A DNA stretch of 64,000 nucleotides from positions 43,214,001 to 43,278,000 of the forward strand of contig OZ024743.1 of NCBI GenBank assembly GCA_964016885.1, written 5' to 3'. The position numbers and the translations under genes are program-made. The notes under the pieces are model-generated. The model was not told the origin of the DNA, searched no databases, and saw nothing but the letters and a program-made list of their open reading frames with translations. The DNA comes from Eledone cirrhosa (taxonomy: Eukaryota). This document shows, piece after piece, positions 1 to 13,600 of the stretch. The first letter of the stretch is position 1. The number at the start of each line of letters is the position of its first letter.

Positions 1-1270
1 TCGATACAAAAATTCGAAAATTCTTAACCATGCACAGAATGCATCACCCTAAGGCAGATATAGATAGAATATATCTCCCTAGGAAAGAAGGAGGACGTGG
101 GTTAATCCAGTTAGACATTGCGTTGAAAACTGCAACAATTGGATTATCTACATATCTAAGGGAATCACATGATTGGATGATCAAACTCGTTTTGAAACAC
201 GAAAGCATCAAAAGATCATATTCCATTACAAAAGATGCACAAAGATACAGTAATGGACTACAAATGTCAGAAGTCCCATTTACTGCTGAAATGGAAAACA
301 CAGAAAAAGCAAAGCAGGTAAAAGTAACTGCAAAGAAAGAACTGCTACAGAAACTGGCTAAGAAATGGCAAGAAAAGCCTCTGTATGGAAAATACCCAGA
401 GCGAGCTAACAATCCTGATGTTGACAAAACTTTAACCCATCAGTGGTTGGCATCCTCTGGACTGAAATCGGAGACTGAAGGACTGATTATCTCCGCACAA
501 GATCAGTGTCTGCCAACAAAAAATTACCAAGCCAACATAATAAAAAATGGGTGCAGCCCATTATGCCGTGTATGCAAAAAACAACCAGAGACCATTGACC
601 ATATAATTTCAATGTGCAGTCCTATAGCTCCAACCGAATACCTAAACAGGCATGACAGAGCTGCACAATACATACATTGGATAATGTGTAAGCATTTTGA
701 CCTGCCCCATCAAAAGAATTGGTGGGAGCATCAACCACCTCCCATACTTGAAAAAGATCACATCTCAATCTTGTGGAACTTTAGCATCCAAACAGACCGA
801 AAAATAGATGCAAATAGACCTGATATAATATTGAAGGACTTTCAAAGGAGGGTATGCCTGCTAATTGATATGTCTGTTCCAATAGACAAGAATGTATCTA
901 TAAAAACATTTGAAAAATTGAGCAAGTATAAGGACCTGGAGATAGAAATTGGAAAAATGTGGAAATTGAGAACTAAAACAATACCAGTGGTTGTAGGCGC
1001 TCTGGGAATGATACCTAAGGGGTCTAACGACTACTTATCGCAAATCCCAGGAAACCCGCGTATAGGAGAAATACAAAAGATAGTACTAATGGGAACTGCC
1101 CATATACTAAGGAAGATCCTGTCAATATAAGTACATCACAAGTCTAAACACTAAGGATGCATGTGTGAATATGTGTGTTCTTTGTTGAACATGGCGGACC
1201 TTGTTGTCTCTTGAGGTCACTGGTTGTGACTTGGTGATAACTCGTATAAACATAAAGCAAGATAAATGCA

Positions 1271-1330
<60 letters not shown>
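1..1330 (+). mobile_element. 3' end of R4/Dong-like LINE with short 3' UTR and (TAA)n tail
   Basis: RLE ORF stops at 1130, then ~140 bp UTR, then (AAT)n at 1271-1330. Dong-type elements are known to end in or target TAA repeats. Confidence 0.88.
3..1130 (+). CDS. C-terminal part of R4/Dong-clade non-LTR retrotransposon ORF (RT thumb, CCHC zinc knuckle, restriction-like endonuclease); begins upstream of the window
   Basis: RIYLPRKEGGRGL post-RT motif, CRVCKKQPETIDHIISMC knuckle, RHD, RPDIIL..LIDMSVP..EKLSKY (PD-D/ExK RLE), PVVVGALG. The frame is open from position 3. Confidence 0.92.
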   Translation, partial: DTKIRKFLTMHRMHHPKADIDRIYLPRKEGGRGLIQLDIALKTATIGLSTYLRESHDWMIKLVLKHESIKRSYSITKDAQRYSNGLQMSEVPFTAEMENTEKAKQVKVTAKKELLQKLAKKWQEKPLYGKYPERANNPDVDKTLTHQWLASSGLKSETEGLIISAQDQCLPTKNYQANIIKNGCSPLCRVCKKQPETIDHIISMCSPIAPTEYLNRHDRAAQYIHWIMCKHFDLPHQKNWWEHQPPPILEKDHISILWNFSIQTDRKIDANRPDIILKDFQRRVCLLIDMSVPIDKNVSIKTFEKLSKYKDLEIEIGKMWKLRTKTIPVVVGALGMIPKGSNDYLSQIPGNPRIGEIQKIVLMGTAHILRKILSI

Positions 1331-1360
<30 letters not shown>

Positions 1361-1395
1361 AAGAAAAAGACGAAGATGAAGAAGAAGAAAAAGAA
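1271..1395. repeat. Compound microsatellite (AAT)n(AAG)n
   Basis: Read directly from sequence. Confidence 0.95.
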
Positions 1396-1464
1396 ATACG
1401 GTTTCATTTCTCCATCCCAATTTATTTTGTTATACGTATTTCGACGACGTATGTTAATAGCAGT

Positions 1465-1658
1465 TGATTGGCAGTACCGGTAGAGGGTCGGACGCCGTAC
1501 TTTGCAGCAAAGAGTTACGGCCCTTTATGATCTGAGTTCAAAACCCGCTAAGGTTAACTTTGCCTTTCATTCTTACGTGGTCGATAACATAATGTACCAG
1601 TAATACACTGTGATAATTGTTGGCCTTGTGCCGAAAGTAGAAAAAATTATTATTATTA
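1465..1658 (+). mobile_element. tRNA-type SINE (octopod-like family)
   Basis: B-box-like GAGTTCAAAACCC, body aactttgcctttcat, tail ggccttgtgcc..tagaaa..(att)n. Homologous to copies at 10435, 36570, 38482, 42920 and 46425. Confidence 0.8.
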
Positions 1659-1757
1659 CTAGCAGAAAAACCACCATCGGGTAGTTTCTACTAACATGAG
1701 TAGTGTGTATATTGATATACGTCGGCAGATTTTCAGTCACCAACTCTTTTAATATAT

Positions 1758-1790
<33 letters not shown>

Positions 1791-2118
1791 TAAGTCTTAT
1801 ATTTTTATATGAGCTGATAGATGACGGTTTAAGGATTTACAGAAACCCAAGAAGCTAGATATTCCATCTCTCTAGTGGGTCCGGGTATGCATTTTACATT
1901 CATTTCATTTATTGATTTATTGATAATTTATCTGAGTGTCCCGAATCTTCCATATCGAACTTATCGGTTATTTGGTTGATTGTAGACATATTCTACGTGT
2001 GACGGTATTTAACGATAGTTATAGCTCTAATTTATTTGAATTATAGAGCCCTCTGCCGCTCATCTCGAATTTTGTTTATCGTGAACTCGTGCGCCGATTT
2101 TTCGATACTCGATTATTC

Positions 2119-2194
<76 letters not shown>

Positions 2195-2197
<3 letters not shown>

Positions 2198-2957
2198 AAC
2201 GAGTAGGACTCCGACGGCTGAGCTCAAGTCGTTTCAACGGCTAATTCTGGACTAAATGAACATTTTTATCCTGGTATATGAATAGCCGAGCTTCTCAGGG
2301 GGTAATTCCATATATGGTAAATGTGATTGTCACAAGGATTGTTCAAAAGTTTGTTGTTGAGACACATGATTCTATCATGCCAATTTGTGGAAGGAAGGGT
2401 TAGCTGAACCTGCCAGTAGAAGAAAGAGGGAGAGGGAGTGGAGGAAACCCAGTCGTACGTTGACAGCAGGGCAGGAGGTCAAGCAACTATACTAGGGAGG
2501 GGGAGGGGGAGGAATTCGAAACAATAAGTAAATCAATATGGAGTAAATATATAGAAGAATACCAAGAATGTTAAAAATATAAAAAAAACAATTTCTGGTT
2601 ACTATTCCCTAACGACAGTCATCAAGTCTCTCACTAGTACTGCTAAATTATAGAAAAGTTTACTAGGTGGGACGGAATTGTAATGAGACCATTTTAAGTG
2701 TTAGTAGTAATCAACCGAATATATCTTACGGTGACAGGTCAACAACTGGGGGGCCAAAATACTAAAGAAAGAACCACGAAATAATAATTCAGAGTCCCGA
2801 AACTAATACGAAATAATTGTTTCTACCGTAGGCACAAGGCCAGCAACCAACCAGTGCAAAAAGTAAACTAATACAAAATAATAATTCAGAATCCCGAAAA
2901 TGAATACTAATATTATCTCTAAGGGTGCCGCTACGATACAAACATTCTAGTGCAAAC
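2195..2957. repeat. pLTR arm, inverted copy of ~5579-6353
   Basis: ggaacgagtaggactccgacggctgagc at 2196 is the reverse complement of gctcagccgtcggagtcctactcgttcc near 6325-6351. Confidence 0.9.
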
Positions 2958-3539
2958 TACATAAATGCTCGTACGAGGTATATGAAAAATTTGATACGGA
3001 AAATTAATTCAGAATCTCCCCCCCCCCTCCCTCAACGAAAAAAAAATAAATACTAAAATACGAGAAATTAAAGTAGAGGTACCACTAAGAAATGTAGAAA
3101 GCACGGAAATGGGGCAGCCATCGGATAAGAAAGCATGTATCAGAGGTCTATCACATCTGCTATAAAAAGCGGAGTCGGCCAACTCTATCATAGAATAGGG
3201 TATGTGGGTGGGGGTACTGAGGCTACAAAGGAACGAGGGGCTGCCTCGGGTGAGCGAAAAAGTGAAAAGGGCGACGACAAAGAAGGAGGACTGGGGAGGA
3301 AGGACTAGGAAGGGATGGGGGTAGAAGGAAATATAGAGGAAACGATAAAAAGATATAAAAGATGTTACGTCTACTTTTGCAAGCAGGGACTACCCATTAC
3401 AAAGTCGGCAAGTGTGGTGTTACAGCCCTTGTCTACCCCCCACCCCCGGGTCATTATGGGGTTTGAGGTCGAGGTAAGTCCTACGCAATCTGTGTTTGCA
3501 TGCAGTTACCAGTTCGTCTTTCTTGCTTAGGAGTTGGTC

Positions 3540-5600
3540 CGTCGAAAACAGCATTTGTAAAGTTTACTCCGAGCATAAATTGCACCGATGGCGTCCTCCC
3601 GTGTAAGAGTTGGCTCTGGACAGTAAGCTCCAAGTGATATCATAGGTAATATTGTTATCTTTGAGGTCCAAGATGTGGCCCGAAAGTGTGGTGGCGTGAC
3701 GTCGGGCTGGGTTTCGGAAAGTATGTCTGTGTTGGTATAGCCGGGTCATGAAGTGACATGCGGCTAATCCCATATAAGCTTTGTTGGAAGTGTCCGTCCT
3801 CACGTTGCACTGGTTCATCACATTACGATCTCTGCATCTGTTGTCGAGGGGCAAATGGATACATCAGGACAGTTGCACCCCTGGTCGGCTCTCCACTGCT
3901 ATTTAGGTTATTTCTTTCATACGGGTTGAGTTTTTTGTTGCTAGAGGAGAGGATGTTTTGTGCAAAGTTTGGTGTGGTGGTGTAGGAGAGTGTGATGGTA
4001 TTTTTGTTGATTATGTTGTGGTAGCGGTGTTGTAGTGAGAAGTGTTTTTCGATGAGCCTAAAGAAGATTTTCCCGATAGGAGTTGTCACCTCGGCGTTGT
4101 GGGGAGGATTGAACCATGTTACATTGCGTGTGCGGCGGTGTCGCCTGCTGGTTCCGCTAATGGAAGCTGGACAGTAGGATATTTCCTCCCGGAAACCACT
4201 CCGCTTGAGGGCCTGGTTGTAATAAGGCGCATGTTCCTCAAATATCTGCTCATTAACGGACAAACGAGATATGCGGAGGGAGATGTTTTTAACCAGGTTA
4301 TTGGTGATGTTCCTAGGATGGTTTGACCGGTGCTGGATGTAGTGCAGGTTGTCGTTGGGTTTCCTGTATGGGTAGTACAGATCATTATCGAGGTCAAGTG
4401 TAACGTCCAGGAAGTTTACTCGGGTCAGGGACGTTTGTAGGGTTATTTTAAATTCCCAGTCGCGGAAGAAGCTGATTAATTGTTTACGGACCCGGTCTGT
4501 AATACTGGGGTTGCACCTTTTAAGGGAAAGGAGCCATCATGACGGTACAATCCACCGCCAAATGCAGGAAACATATCGGTGAGTTTAACTAGTAGGAATA
4601 ATCCTATAAGATCTGTGACCTCAGCCGAATCCGTCGCGCCAATGCTGACGTCGAAGGGTGAGTCGGGAGCTCTCTTTATCTATTTGGAGTTGTCGAAATT
4701 TAGGACTGTCTTCCTGGCGTGGAGGAGGATGTTTCTTTCCTGGTCGGCGATGGGCGCAAGTGTCTCGGCAAAGTCCAAGGCAGCCGTAAGTAGCGGTAAG
4801 GTAATTGAAGCATATTAACTCTCTATGTCAAACTGGATGAATTTTGTGTCTCGTTTGTCCTCCATATTGCTGAACCATGAGATTACTTCCTGGGTGTTGA
4901 CCCATAGGCTAAGTCTGGCGTTTTGCTTAACCTTTGGTCTAACGCGGTCTAGAATTTTTTTTACTGATTCTCCTTATGTCGGACTTCGTTGGGTTTATAA
5001 GCCTGATAGAAGGTTTACGGTCGAAATCGGATTTGTGGTCCTTCAGTGTGAAGTAGGGTGTCCGTGGGTCTAGGGGTTCCGTGCGGTCGGCGACCCCGAG
5101 GTTGGAGGTAATTTGTTGTCCATCTCGATTTATGTCCTCGATGCATGAGTGGTTAGCCTTTTTATAGGTGGAGTTTAGGCTGCTTCTGATCAGTGCGTGG
5201 GATCTGTCAGGGTTGACGAGTTAGAGGTTACCAGTTTTATCAGAGTGCACCGTGATGTCATTGGTGTTATCATACTCTGTTAAGTTGGTACGGAGTTTTG
5301 GTAGGAATCGGTTGTGTCTGGGTTTGAATTTAATGTTCTTGACCAGTTGGAAAAGGTCATTCTCGAAGGGTGAGAGAATAGGGTTTGGAGGGGGAGATTT
5401 GTGGTATTAAATCCGAATCTCTCCTTGGTACCGAAGTCCTGATTGTCGCAATATCTGTCGTAGAAAAAAGTTCTCCATCTAAGTCTTTTCGCAAACAGGT
5501 CGATTTTTTGCGTGAACATCCGAAGGTAAAGTTTTTTCGGTGGAACTGGGATGTTCTTGGTGGAGAAGTCGATGTTGTGTTTGCACTAGAATTTTTGTAT
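3540..5600 (-). pseudogene. Penelope RT-GIY-YIG ORF with frameshifts and stops
   Basis: FSTKNIPVPP..KRLRWRTFFY N-terminus, FDVSIGATDSAEV, GLYRHDG (YRDD mutated), WFNPP, AYMGLA..F..RLYQH, ITWSLL..CNLCSE. Confidence 0.88.
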
Positions 5601-6244
5601 CGTAGCGGCACCCTTAGAGATAGTATTAGTATTCATTTTCGGGATTCTGAATTATTATTTCGTATTAGTTTATTTTTTGCACTGGGTGGTTCCTGGCCTT
5701 GTGCCTACGGTAGAAAAGATTATTTCGTATTAGATTCGGGACTCTGAATTATTATTTCGTGGTTGTTTCTTTAGTATTTTGGCCCCCCACTTGTTGACCT
5801 GTCACCGTAAGTTATATTCGGTTGATTACTACTAACTCCTAAAATGGTCTCATTACAATTCCGTCCCACCTAGTAAACTTTTCTATAGTTTAGCAGTACC
5901 AGTGAGAGACTTGATGACTGTCGTTAGGGAATAGTAACCAGAAATTGTTTTTTTATATTTTTAACATTCTTGGTATTCTTCTATATATTTACTCCATATT
6001 AAATTACTTATTGTTTCGAATTTCTCCCCCTCCCCATCCGTAGTATAGTTTCTTGACCTCCTGCCCTGCTGTAGTTGGCACTATCAACGCACAACTGGGT
6101 TTCCTCCACTCCCTCTCCCTCTTTCTTCTACTGGCAGGTTCAGCTACCCCTTCCTTCCACAAATTGCCATGATAGAATTATGTGCCTCAACAACAAACTT
6201 TTGACCAATCCTTGTGACAATCACTTTTACCATATATGGAATTA

Positions 6245-6339
6245 ACCCCTGAGAAGCTCGGCTATTCATATACCAGGATAAAAATGTTCATTTAGTCCAG
6301 AATTAGCCGTTGAAACGGCTTGAGCTCAGCCGTCGGAGT
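6245..6339 (+). ncRNA. Type I hammerhead-like motif in pLTR with atypical core CUGAGAA; mirror copy on minus strand at ~2208-2303
   Basis: ccc-CUGAGAA-(cggcua..uagccg stem II)-GAAAC-GGCU..AGCC-GUC-ggagu. Confidence 0.6.
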
Positions 6340-6430
6340 CCTACTCGTTCCTATTACCCACTCTACTACCCTAGTTATTGAGTACTTTGGTGCGTAATGG
6401 TCCACCTGGTTCCTTACCACATTTCCTTCG

Positions 6431-6498
<68 letters not shown>

Positions 6499-6540
6499 GA
6501 AAGGTATAGAAAGAATTGTAGCAAGAAGTCAAAGAGTATT

Positions 6541-6579
<39 letters not shown>

Positions 6580-6580
<1 letters not shown>

Positions 6581-6692
6581 GGGTGTGGGGAGATACCAGG
6601 TGGACCATAACGCACCAGTATACTCAATACGTAGGATAGTAGAGTGGGTAATAAGAAAAGAGTCCGGGCTGAGGTCCGGCCGTTTCTACAGC
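6580..6692 (-). repeat. Diverged solo fragment of the same PLE terminus, inverted relative to ~6310-6420
   Basis: ccaggtggaccataacgcacc..tactcaat..gtagagtgggtaata matches the reverse complement of 6353-6410. Confidence 0.7.
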
Positions 6693-7221
6693 TATATATA
6701 TATATATACATGTATATTTTATGCATGCATATATATATACACACACACATATATGTGTATACATTTATGTATTAATATGTATTGGTATAGATATGTGCAT
6801 GTTTACACAGGTGTTTATATGTTGCACAGAAACACAACAGTGCAGCTACTTACACATGCTTACTGTAATTATTGACATCTATATGTAAACATACGTGCAT
6901 GCATCCATACATCAGTTAACATACAATGCAAATATGTTCCTATGGTAATGCACAATGCATTTTCTCAGCTGGCACACACAATATAAAGCAACGCCAAAAT
7001 CCAGCGAGTAGGTGGCGGCGGCGGTGATGATTGTCGGGGGCTGTGACAAATTTCCTCACGTGTTGGTTGTGTATATTGTGAACCTACGTTTAGGTTTTTG
7101 CATATATACTCGGTATCTAATATACAGAGTGTCTATAGTGCATACGCGCACATATGTGAGTGTGGGTGTCTAGTATATACACACTAAGATATATGCAAAC
7201 ATTCAGACACACACACATACG

Positions 7222-7298
<77 letters not shown>

Positions 7299-7499
7299 AC
7301 ACACGTATACCCCCCCCTACACTACACATAGTACTATAATGATAAAGTGTTGAAGAAGCAGCCATTGTTTGTATGTTCACGAAAAGAATTTAGTTTATAC
7401 AAAATAAATGATATACATTTTCTTTAAAAATGGAATCGTATGGTTAATTCAATTGCTTACACACTCACACATATGTGTAAGAGTCTGTATATATATATC

Positions 7500-7545
<46 letters not shown>

Positions 7546-9761
7546 AATTGAAAAAATGAAATTTCATTTCTCACTCTTAGTACGGCTAATACTTAAATGT
7601 ATGTATGTACACGTACACACATATATAATATATGTATACAGACGTACAGTAGTATGTATATATATACATACATGCACACGCATATATATGTACGTATGGG
7701 TTTACCGAACATGTATTATAATGCTCGGTTTGTTTGTAAACAAACAGCCCGAATTTAACCGTACAGTGTTTGGCAACCCTCGCTGCCCTTTTGTTCAACA
7801 CTGACACAGGAACGATGAACTAGTTTCTAGCTTATTAGCTGTCATCAGAACCGTATACCTGTCAATCGATTGAACGTTTGAAAGTATATACTCTCCTTAT
7901 GCATATTAACGGCTGAGCAGCCTAATTTGCATATCGAGTGATATATATATAATAAGTTGACGGAAATAGCATGGGTTTTACTGCTAGTAATATAGATAAA
8001 CCAACGATTGATGCCGTTTAACACAAACATAATTAGATAGTATATTAACTGAGTCCTTATCCCAAACGAAACGATTTAGTTCAAATTTCGCCCGGGTTAT
8101 CTCGGCCTTTTGGGATCCATATATGACCTTTCCAGGATGGTTTATTTGAATGATTGTAAGAACATCGGGCAAGAGGGTGTTGATAATTTTTTCAGTGTTT
8201 TCATTTTCTTGTTCAATTCACTCCCTTGCCAACTTGAGTGGGGTTGGGGACAGATTAATCCGTACATTGATTTACCAATTGGCCATTTGATCCATTTATA
8301 ATCCTCTATTTGGTTGTAAAAATTCGTTCTAGGTTTTCGTGAATGAATACTGTTCTTCATTCATACTTTTCATTCCTGAAAACATCCATGGGGCCGACTC
8401 TTTGCTCAAGGATAACACAGTAAAAACAAAATGCTGCATCAACAATGCATCTTCAGCTGTTGATTGTATGAATCTTAAAAATATATTGTGATTCTCGTGG
8501 AATTCTGGATCATGGGTTCTGTGTTTACACAATTAATATTTACTCCACATCCACGCCAAAAACGATGTGCATGTGAACAATACTTGATTATAGAAGTGGA
8601 ATCAAATATGTGTTGTTATTTAATGGAATTTGTAAAGAAAATGCATTGAAATGTTTCATTACGGCCCACCATGTTCTGGATTCAAATCCCGCTGAGAATA
8701 CGTCCTTCTGCAGTCAATGATATTAGAGACCCATTAAAGTAATGGACTCAGTTTAATTGTTTCTCGCCGTTTCACAAAAGTTGTTGGGTTGTACAAAAAT
8801 TAGAAGCAATAATTCTCTTCAGTTTCAACCCCAAATATTTACGGGTAGAATATGAAAGTTATTTGTCTCTGACTAAGCAAATAAAGCGACAAAATCAGAG
8901 AGAAAATTACAATGTTTAAAACTCGTTATTTGCTAACTAAACAAGCCAAATCTGAAGATAATGGAATTAATGGTTATAAATGTAAATCTGCGTTGAATGT
9001 ATAACCAATTTATATTATGTCCGAGAAAGACTCATTGTACCGTCTACTTAAAATATGCACTTCTTACTTGTTAAGCTTCAGTGAACCGTGCTACATAATT
9101 GCTAAAGAAAGCTTTTATTAAATTATAGGACCGCTTTCCAATTCCAAATTAGATATCCTAATTCTCTCTATCGATAACATGTACGTTACGTCTGAAAGCA
9201 AAACCATTACACACATTTATATATCACGCTTTTCAGTTTTCTGAAATGGCATTCAGGTGCGCCTCATGCTTTCCATCTCAGAAGCTACGCAGAGATTACT
9301 TTGTAGTAACGTTTATGTGTGTTCCAAAATATAATTGAAATTATTTTTCGTATCTCTGTCTTACAATGAATCAATTATTGAATTAGTCATATGAACGTAT
9401 CACGTACGACAACCATGTTTTAATCCACGTTTTATATCCCGTGTAACGAAACTTAGTAATGTGTCACCGAATCACACGATACAATTTGGAAAAAAGGAAG
9501 ATAATATGTTACATTTAAACTAATAATACAACATTTCAAATATTAAGTTTTTCATTATTGCAATGTTTTTCGTAATTATATATATATATATATATATATA
9601 TTTCCTGGAAATGCGAAAAAAAGAGCAATCATCTGTGGGGGTATAACGATTATATTTATCAAACGATACACTCGATACACTGCGTGCACTAACTTTTCCC
9701 TTACGATTTCTCTACATCTCTACATTTATACAAACACACACACACACACTCACACACACAC

Positions 9762-9793
<32 letters not shown>

Positions 9794-9805
9794 ATATACC
9801 TGTGT

Positions 9806-10005
9806 NNNNNNNNNNNNNNNNNNNNNNNNNNNNNNNNNNNNNNNNNNNNNNNNNNNNNNNNNNNNNNNNNNNNNNNNNNNNNNNNNNNNNNNNNNNNNNN
9901 NNNNNNNNNNNNNNNNNNNNNNNNNNNNNNNNNNNNNNNNNNNNNNNNNNNNNNNNNNNNNNNNNNNNNNNNNNNNNNNNNNNNNNNNNNNNNNNNNNNN
10001 NNNNN
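9806..10005. other. Assembly gap (200 N)
   Basis: Run of N. Confidence 0.99.
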
Positions 10006-10434
10006 ACTGTCGTTCCCCTGCATATATATAATTAAGGGTTAGGATATATTTATTTCAAATGAACTAACTAGAGGTTACTAATCCCGCTGTATTCTTCATG
10101 AACATTCTGCTGCAACCATGCAACCTCTACTTTTTATTTAATTGTATTCTATTGAAATTTAATTATATTGTTTACTCGTTGCTTTGTGCATTCATTTATT
10201 ATTTAACTATATCAGTCGATTACATAAACTAGTTTCCTGTCTCAAGATTTTCTATTCATAATTGACTTCGTAAATGCAGTAAAAAAAGGAAAGTATTACG
10301 TAATCTTCGTTGATCTTTCCTGTGTTATTCATATATATATATATATATATATATGTTTTGCTAATGTAATCATTCTGACCATTAGATATTCTATTTCATA
10401 TAATATCATTAGGAATAGTATGTGAAACTGATAA

Positions 10435-10625
10435 AATAATTGTTTCTACTTTTGGCACAAGGCCAGTGATTATCCCAGTGTATTACTGTACTTTATTTTA
10501 TCGACCCCGTAAGGATGAGAGGTAAAGTTAACCTCGGCGGGATTTGAACTCAGAATGGCAAGGGCCGTAACTCTTTGCTGCAAAGCATGGCGTCAGACCC
10601 TCTACCGATACTGCCATCACCGCCC
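10435..10625 (-). mobile_element. tRNA-type SINE
   Basis: aataattgtttctacttttggcacaaggcc..ttttatcgaccccgtaaggatg..gatttgaactcagaatggcaagggccg. Confidence 0.85.
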
Positions 10626-13600
10626 TCATGAAACTGATAAAATAATATCGCGTGTTCGTGATGGTAATTCATACTGACACAAATTACACACAGGCAGTAA
10701 AATTGGCAAAGCCTTGAGAACGTTGTATTGTCATATTTACTTCAAGAGTTCCCCCCCCCCTCTCTCTTTCTTCTCCCCCTCCTATCCTTTCCTTCTTTGA
10801 ACTTCTACTTGAACGTAATTACACCTAGTGATGCACTCAATTGACATGTTTCCTTTGAATGTAATCCATGTCAGGGATCAAATTGGCAGAACCGTTAAAG
10901 TGAGGGGACTAATTGCTTTCCTATATTTGTTTCCTCCCAGCAATGACAACTTTCACTCAATATAAAGAACGTATCAGTCTACGGCCGAAGGATTGAGGGG
11001 GATTGTTTAAACAGTAGTATGGCATGTTTTCCTCTATATCTACAGGTTTGTGAGTAATACCGTAAAAAAAATAATTGAAATCTATTTCATTAGTCCGATC
11101 TCATGATCTGGAGAGAACCTTGAAATTCGTGGAGATAATTCACTAAAACAAATTAGTATATCAACGCAGTTATCAATCCATAAAATCCCAATTAGATTTA
11201 ATTCTGTATTTAGTTTCTTTTCTCGAGAAAAAGCTATACATTCTAAATAACGAGATCTCACATCATTCGGCATTACCGATAAAATTGTTTCGTAATTTAT
11301 CAAACATTTCTGAAAGAACACATATTCAAGAGAAATTTACATGTCAAATAAAATGAAATAGTTTTAAAAAACACCTGCCAATGGGGAACGTTAAGCGAAA
11401 TATTTCATCCAGCATACAAAAGATGTAACGAAATATTGTTTGATGCAATTCCTCGTTTGGTGTCATGATCTCAAAGAATCCGGTTTGAAAACAAATAAGT
11501 ATGTATTTCTAAAGAGATAAGTCCTCTGTGCAAGCAATATTCCAGAACCAGATGCCACATAGCTCACGTAGAATTCTAAAGGACTAAAAACAACGTTCAG
11601 CAATATGGATCAAACGTATACGTTCTATATTGGCTATAGTGTATTTTAGTTATACTTATATTTATATTGCTAGGCGTCGCCTGACATGTTCTAATAAGCG
11701 CGAAATTAAATATGTTCACTTTCAGGAAAATAGATTTTATATGTAGATACTACTAAAAAAAAGGAAACAAAGCGAAATTTTGAAAACCTGCATTATTCCT
11801 ACGAAATTGAAATTGTGAATGTTTCAGAAGATAGGTATAAGCAGGATAACTATTGAATGAATTATGCTAAAGATACGGCAATATTAGTTAAGATAACTGT
11901 TAAAATGTGAAATAGGAAATATTACATCTTTCCTTACGAACGTATAATTCAACATGTTATGTATAACATGGAAGTGAGTAGACGTAAGAAAGAACACGAA
12001 CACAACACTAACGATAGAGAGAAATTGCATGGAGATACGAATGAGTAAGAATTTATTTGGAAATAACGAAGTGTTATTTTCATGCAATCTAATCCACAGC
12101 GGTCGCTATAAAATTTGAATAGTGTGTATGATACTTACAAAGAAATAGTGAAGATGCACCAATTGTATATCAGGAGACCAGACCAGAGCATAATATTTAC
12201 TGAATATACAATATGTAGGATGAAAAATGTCGACCATTCTTAATAGGGAATGATTACGCGTTGGAGCCCCCCCCCCCCCCCCCCCCCCCCACAGCCACGG
12301 CGGACAGAATGGAATAAATATGTGCATGGTATCCTTACTTTGTTGTAAGCAAAAGTAATACTTAATTATATACCTCTTTTATGGGTGTAAACAATACACA
12401 TATGTTGAATTTTCAATGCTTGATGTATTTCATGGGTAACTTTCAAATTTGAAAAATGTCCATGAAGTTATCATAAACCAGTCAACGCTATCCATTAGAT
12501 TTAACACATTATATATAAATATGATGGACGTATTGTCTAGGTGTATGAAACTTGATCACGTGTGATGAAGGTTAGAAAGTTCAATTGATAATAATCGTAT
12601 TCCCTATGTATGTTATAGGAAAGTATTTTAAAATTAGGGCTGCACTATTTTATGACGATCTGAAAACATGTACTTTCATCCTCTGTTATCAGTTAATATG
12701 TGGCTGCATGTACAGCAGAGAAGTTTATAGTTTAACATGAAAGGAAACAGAATACAGGATAGGCGCTATTGGTGGACATGAAGCAGGAATCTAGTTAATC
12801 ACCATATATCAATTACACCTGCTTACTACCGGAAGTAGAACATTTCTCGTAGTTTATATGTAGTGGGCTGGTTATCGATCATAATTAAATTGGATAATAT
12901 AATTCATTGGAAAATTAGGGTCGTCTTGTGAACAGTAATTTAAAATTAATCGTATTACGTTCTCTATTGCCTAGATTTGTGATTAAGGTGGATGAATACA
13001 GTCAAGCGTATTGGAAGAAATCATTGACAGCATTCAAACAAGGAAAATGCTTATTGTTAGCAAAATAATGTTCAGATAGGTCAGATTTGTAAACGACGAA
13101 TTCGATAAATTTTGGGTGGAAACTGATTGATGTATTACAATGAATGGGAACTAAGTTGATGCTGTAGAAATAAGATATGGAAATGGATCGGCAAATATAA
13201 AGCGAAAACGATATACAACTAAAACTAAACAAAGTGAAATATATAGCACATTAGCTACGTAAAAGTCCGTCATACTTAAGCTGTAGGTAAGGAAGTAGGG
13301 GAGAACTTTGTCTCATTAACATGCAAATACGATAATAGCAGGAAGGCGTGTTGTATTATTAATATATAAACGACATGGCTTATCTGAAATTGTGAACGGT
13401 GACCATAAAAATGAAATAAACCGTTTTAACCTGTTTTACCTGGACCACTGAAGAAAATTGTTTATGTATTTATTTTGAGAAAAGAAACACTATTTCACGC
13501 TCTAATATCTGGATATTCCACACTACATGCGAATAGTGTGGGGAATAATATTTCATTGATTGGCGAAGTAACGGCGTTTCAAGGAGTAAGAAAACTTAAT

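Larger units (their letters stand above)
2195..6431 (-). mobile_element. Penelope-like element, near full length, degenerate, with inverted pseudo-LTRs, flanked by (TA)n
   Basis: Minus-strand RT plus GIY-YIG fragments. 2195-2957 is the reverse complement of ~5579-6353. (TA)n lies on both sides. Confidence 0.9.

Noticed and set aside
1144-1420. Poly-F/L/I ORFs (also 52782-53147)
   Set aside because: They are trinucleotide microsatellites, not genes.
7740-8580. Cluster of short minus-strand ORFs and a GGCAACCCT motif suggesting a decayed transposase or exon
   Set aside because: No recognisable domain motif and no matching second TIR were found.
9712-10042. ORFs containing X runs
   Set aside because: They are artefacts of the N gap.
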